From an uncultured Verrucomicrobiae bacterium (lineage in GTDB: Bacteria; Verrucomicrobiota; Verrucomicrobiia; Palsa-1439), in NCBI GenBank assembly GCA_963812605.1, contig CAWEWF010000013.1, positions 1 through 64,000 of the forward strand: a DNA stretch of 64,000 nt, given 5' to 3'. Numbering within the stretch: the stretch's first letter is position 1; every line of letters begins with the position of its first letter. The notes under the pieces are model-generated. The model worked only from the letters and a program-made list of their open reading frames with translations. It had not been told where the DNA came from and ran no database searches. Positions 62,218 through 64,000 of the stretch are shown piece after piece. Made by a program: the position numbers and the translations under genes.

Positions 62218-62571
62218 ATGGCAGCTTCACGAAAGAGGACAGTCGTTCTTAGGACGAGTTGCGATTGTGTTCATCGTCCTTTTTGTTGGCTGGGAATTGT
62301 TGCTGTTCGCGTTTTATTTGAGGCCGCAAGGGCCCAGCGTCGCTCGTTTTCGGACGGTATGAAGGCCTTTGGCCGAGTGTGCGTCTCATGGGCTTGTGGG
62401 ACATCGCGGCGCTGGTGTTGCTGGCATTCTCATGCATCTTTTGGCAACTGGCCCTATGGAGCGGCAAACATGACGCTTCCGAGAGAAAGTGATTTGCCCA
62501 TCAATTCTTCCCCAACGCCTCCAGCTTCAGGCATCCCCATTCCACTCTCGACGCCGGGTTGGACAAAGTAG
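62218..62571 (+). pseudogene. Probable decayed cassette ORF
   Basis: ATG 5 bp after the attC. A TM-like segment (RVAIVFIVLFVGWELLLFAFYL) appears only in a shifted frame. Confidence 0.3.
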
Positions 62572-62638
62572 CTACTACACTTGACTTTCGGAATGGGATT
62601 ACCGAAATATCCATCGACTCAAAGGCAATCGCATCGCC

Positions 62639-63166
62639 ATGACTTCAGTCCCGGAACAACCAGTCCATATAGTCCCCTACGATGAATCCTGGCCCATACG
62701 ATTCGAACAAGAGCGGGCAATTTTGGATCGCGTGATCGGAAGTTGGGCAGTCGGTGGAATCGAGCACATTGGCAGTACCGCCGTGCCGGGACTCGCTGCG
62801 AAACCGGTCATCGACATCATGGCCGGGGTTGATAGCTTGGAAGCCTCTCGCTCGGCAATACCGGTCCTCAGCGAGATTGAATACTGCCACTTCCCATACC
62901 GCCCCGATTTGATGCACTGGTTTTGCAAACCCTCGCCATCGTTCCGCACCCACCACCTTCATTTGATCCCTTTCCGAAGTCGCCTGTGGGCCGAACGCCT
63001 CGCTTTCCGCGACTATCTGCGAGAACACACTGACGTTGCGATGGAATATGCCGAGTTAAAGCAGCGCCTCGCCGCACAACATCGCCTCGACCGAGAGGCC
63101 TACACGGACGCAAAAACTCCATTCGTGGAACGGATCGTCAAACTCGCTCTTGCGAAGAAACAGTGA
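62639..63166 (+). CDS. GrpB/UPF0157 family nucleotidyltransferase-fold protein
   Basis: IEHIGSTAVPGLAAKPVIDI, FRDYLR, YTDAK. Confidence 0.9.
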   Translation: MTSVPEQPVHIVPYDESWPIRFEQERAILDRVIGSWAVGGIEHIGSTAVPGLAAKPVIDIMAGVDSLEASRSAIPVLSEIEYCHFPYRPDLMHWFCKPSPSFRTHHLHLIPFRSRLWAERLAFRDYLREHTDVAMEYAELKQRLAAQHRLDREAYTDAKTPFVERIVKLALAKKQ

Positions 63167-63225
63167 TCCGAACCTGCTTGACGCCGTTTTGCCGCCTGAT
63201 AGAAGTTCTCTCGGGACTGCCAACT

Positions 63226-64000
63226 ATGCGCTTCAAAAAACAACTCTTGGGAGTCTCGCTGACACTGCTGATGATAACAACCGCTCACGCCCAGAAGTCC
63301 ACGCCACCAACGAACTCCCCTCCGGCGGAGGGGCAGGGGGTGGGTACCAAAGTTTCCCCTCCACCGGAGGGGTTAGGGGTGGGTACTGTTGTCACGCTCC
63401 ACCCGGCGCTGTTCCTCGTCGGCGATTCCATCATGCGGACCGGCAACGGCACGGGCGAAAATGGTCAGTGGGGCTGGGGTTCGGAGATCATTCCACTTTT
63501 CGACCCGGCAAAAATCCACGTGTACAACGAAGCGCATGGCGGACGCAGCAGCCGCTCCTACATCGAAGAAGGACTGTGGGCGAAAATTCTCGACCGCCTG
63601 CAACCCGGCGATTTCATCCTGTTGCAATTCGGCCACAACGATTCCGCCAACTCGCAGAACTACCCCGACCGCGCCACGATCACTGGCGACGGCGATGAGA
63701 CGGTGCACTTCGGGGTCGGCAGTTCCAATAAAGTCGTCCACGCCTATGGCTGGTACCTGCGGCAGTACGTCAAAGACGCCAAAGCCAAGGGCGCGGTGGT
63801 GATCATCTGTTCTCCGGTCCCACGCAACACATGGGTCGATGGCAAGATCAAGCGTGGCTTCGACGGCTACGCCCAGTGGGCTGCCGACGCTGCGAAGGCG
63901 TCGGGTGCTCTCTTCATCGACCTCAACAACATCGCCGCCGATCATTACGATGCGCTCGGCCAGGAGAAGACGGCGGACTTGTTCTCGGATTACCAGCACA
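63226..64000 (+). CDS. Secreted rhamnogalacturonan acetylesterase-like SGNH esterase (CE12-like); runs off window end and is absent from the ORF track
   Basis: Signal peptide MRFKKQLLG...AHA, then FLVGDS, GWG, GGRSSRSY and QFGHND in one open frame. Confidence 0.9.
   Translation, partial: MRFKKQLLGVSLTLLMITTAHAQKSTPPTNSPPAEGQGVGTKVSPPPEGLGVGTVVTLHPALFLVGDSIMRTGNGTGENGQWGWGSEIIPLFDPAKIHVYNEAHGGRSSRSYIEEGLWAKILDRLQPGDFILLQFGHNDSANSQNYPDRATITGDGDETVHFGVGSSNKVVHAYGWYLRQYVKDAKAKGAVVIICSPVPRNTWVDGKIKRGFDGYAQWAADAAKASGALFIDLNNIAADHYDALGQEKTADLFSDYQH
63316..63386 (+). repeat. Two palindromic repeat units inside the coding sequence (period 39 nt)
   Basis: TCCCCTCCGGCGGAGGGGCAGGGGGTGGGTAC and TCCCCTCCACCGGAGGGGTTAGGGGTGGGTAC. 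Confidence 0.85.

Overview
GC-rich bacterial chromosomal window, probably PVC superphylum and most likely Verrucomicrobiota (inferred from gene content). It is mostly housekeeping and carbohydrate metabolism: an Rrf2-led sulfonate-type ABC operon, PPi-dependent PEP carboxykinase, tRNA-fMet, ftsB-eno, pullulanase, an HtrA pair, coaE-rho, hpt, a moaD-moaE fusion, a ParE toxin-antitoxin pair, queC, a UbiD decarboxylase, dnaE, DAHP synthase, lptF-like and addAB-like genes. Roughly 17 single-base frameshifts, including one in dnaE, point to uncorrected read indel errors. The best non-annotated signals are: (1) a complete leader-peptide attenuator with a Trp-Tyr-Trp-Phe-Tyr-Phe codon run upstream of DAHP synthase; (2) decayed attC sites and cassette-like genes with no integrase, near 47.9 kb and 61-62.6 kb; (3) two palindromic repeat units translated in frame inside a secreted SGNH esterase; (4) a kelch protein that resembles a land-plant family and overlaps a GT4 gene; (5) a dispersed AAACGAACCC repeat family and a 167-bp-period tandem repeat; (6) many sigma70 -10 boxes 6-9 nt before start codons, suggesting leaderless mRNAs. 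All family assignments come from motif recognition, not database searches.
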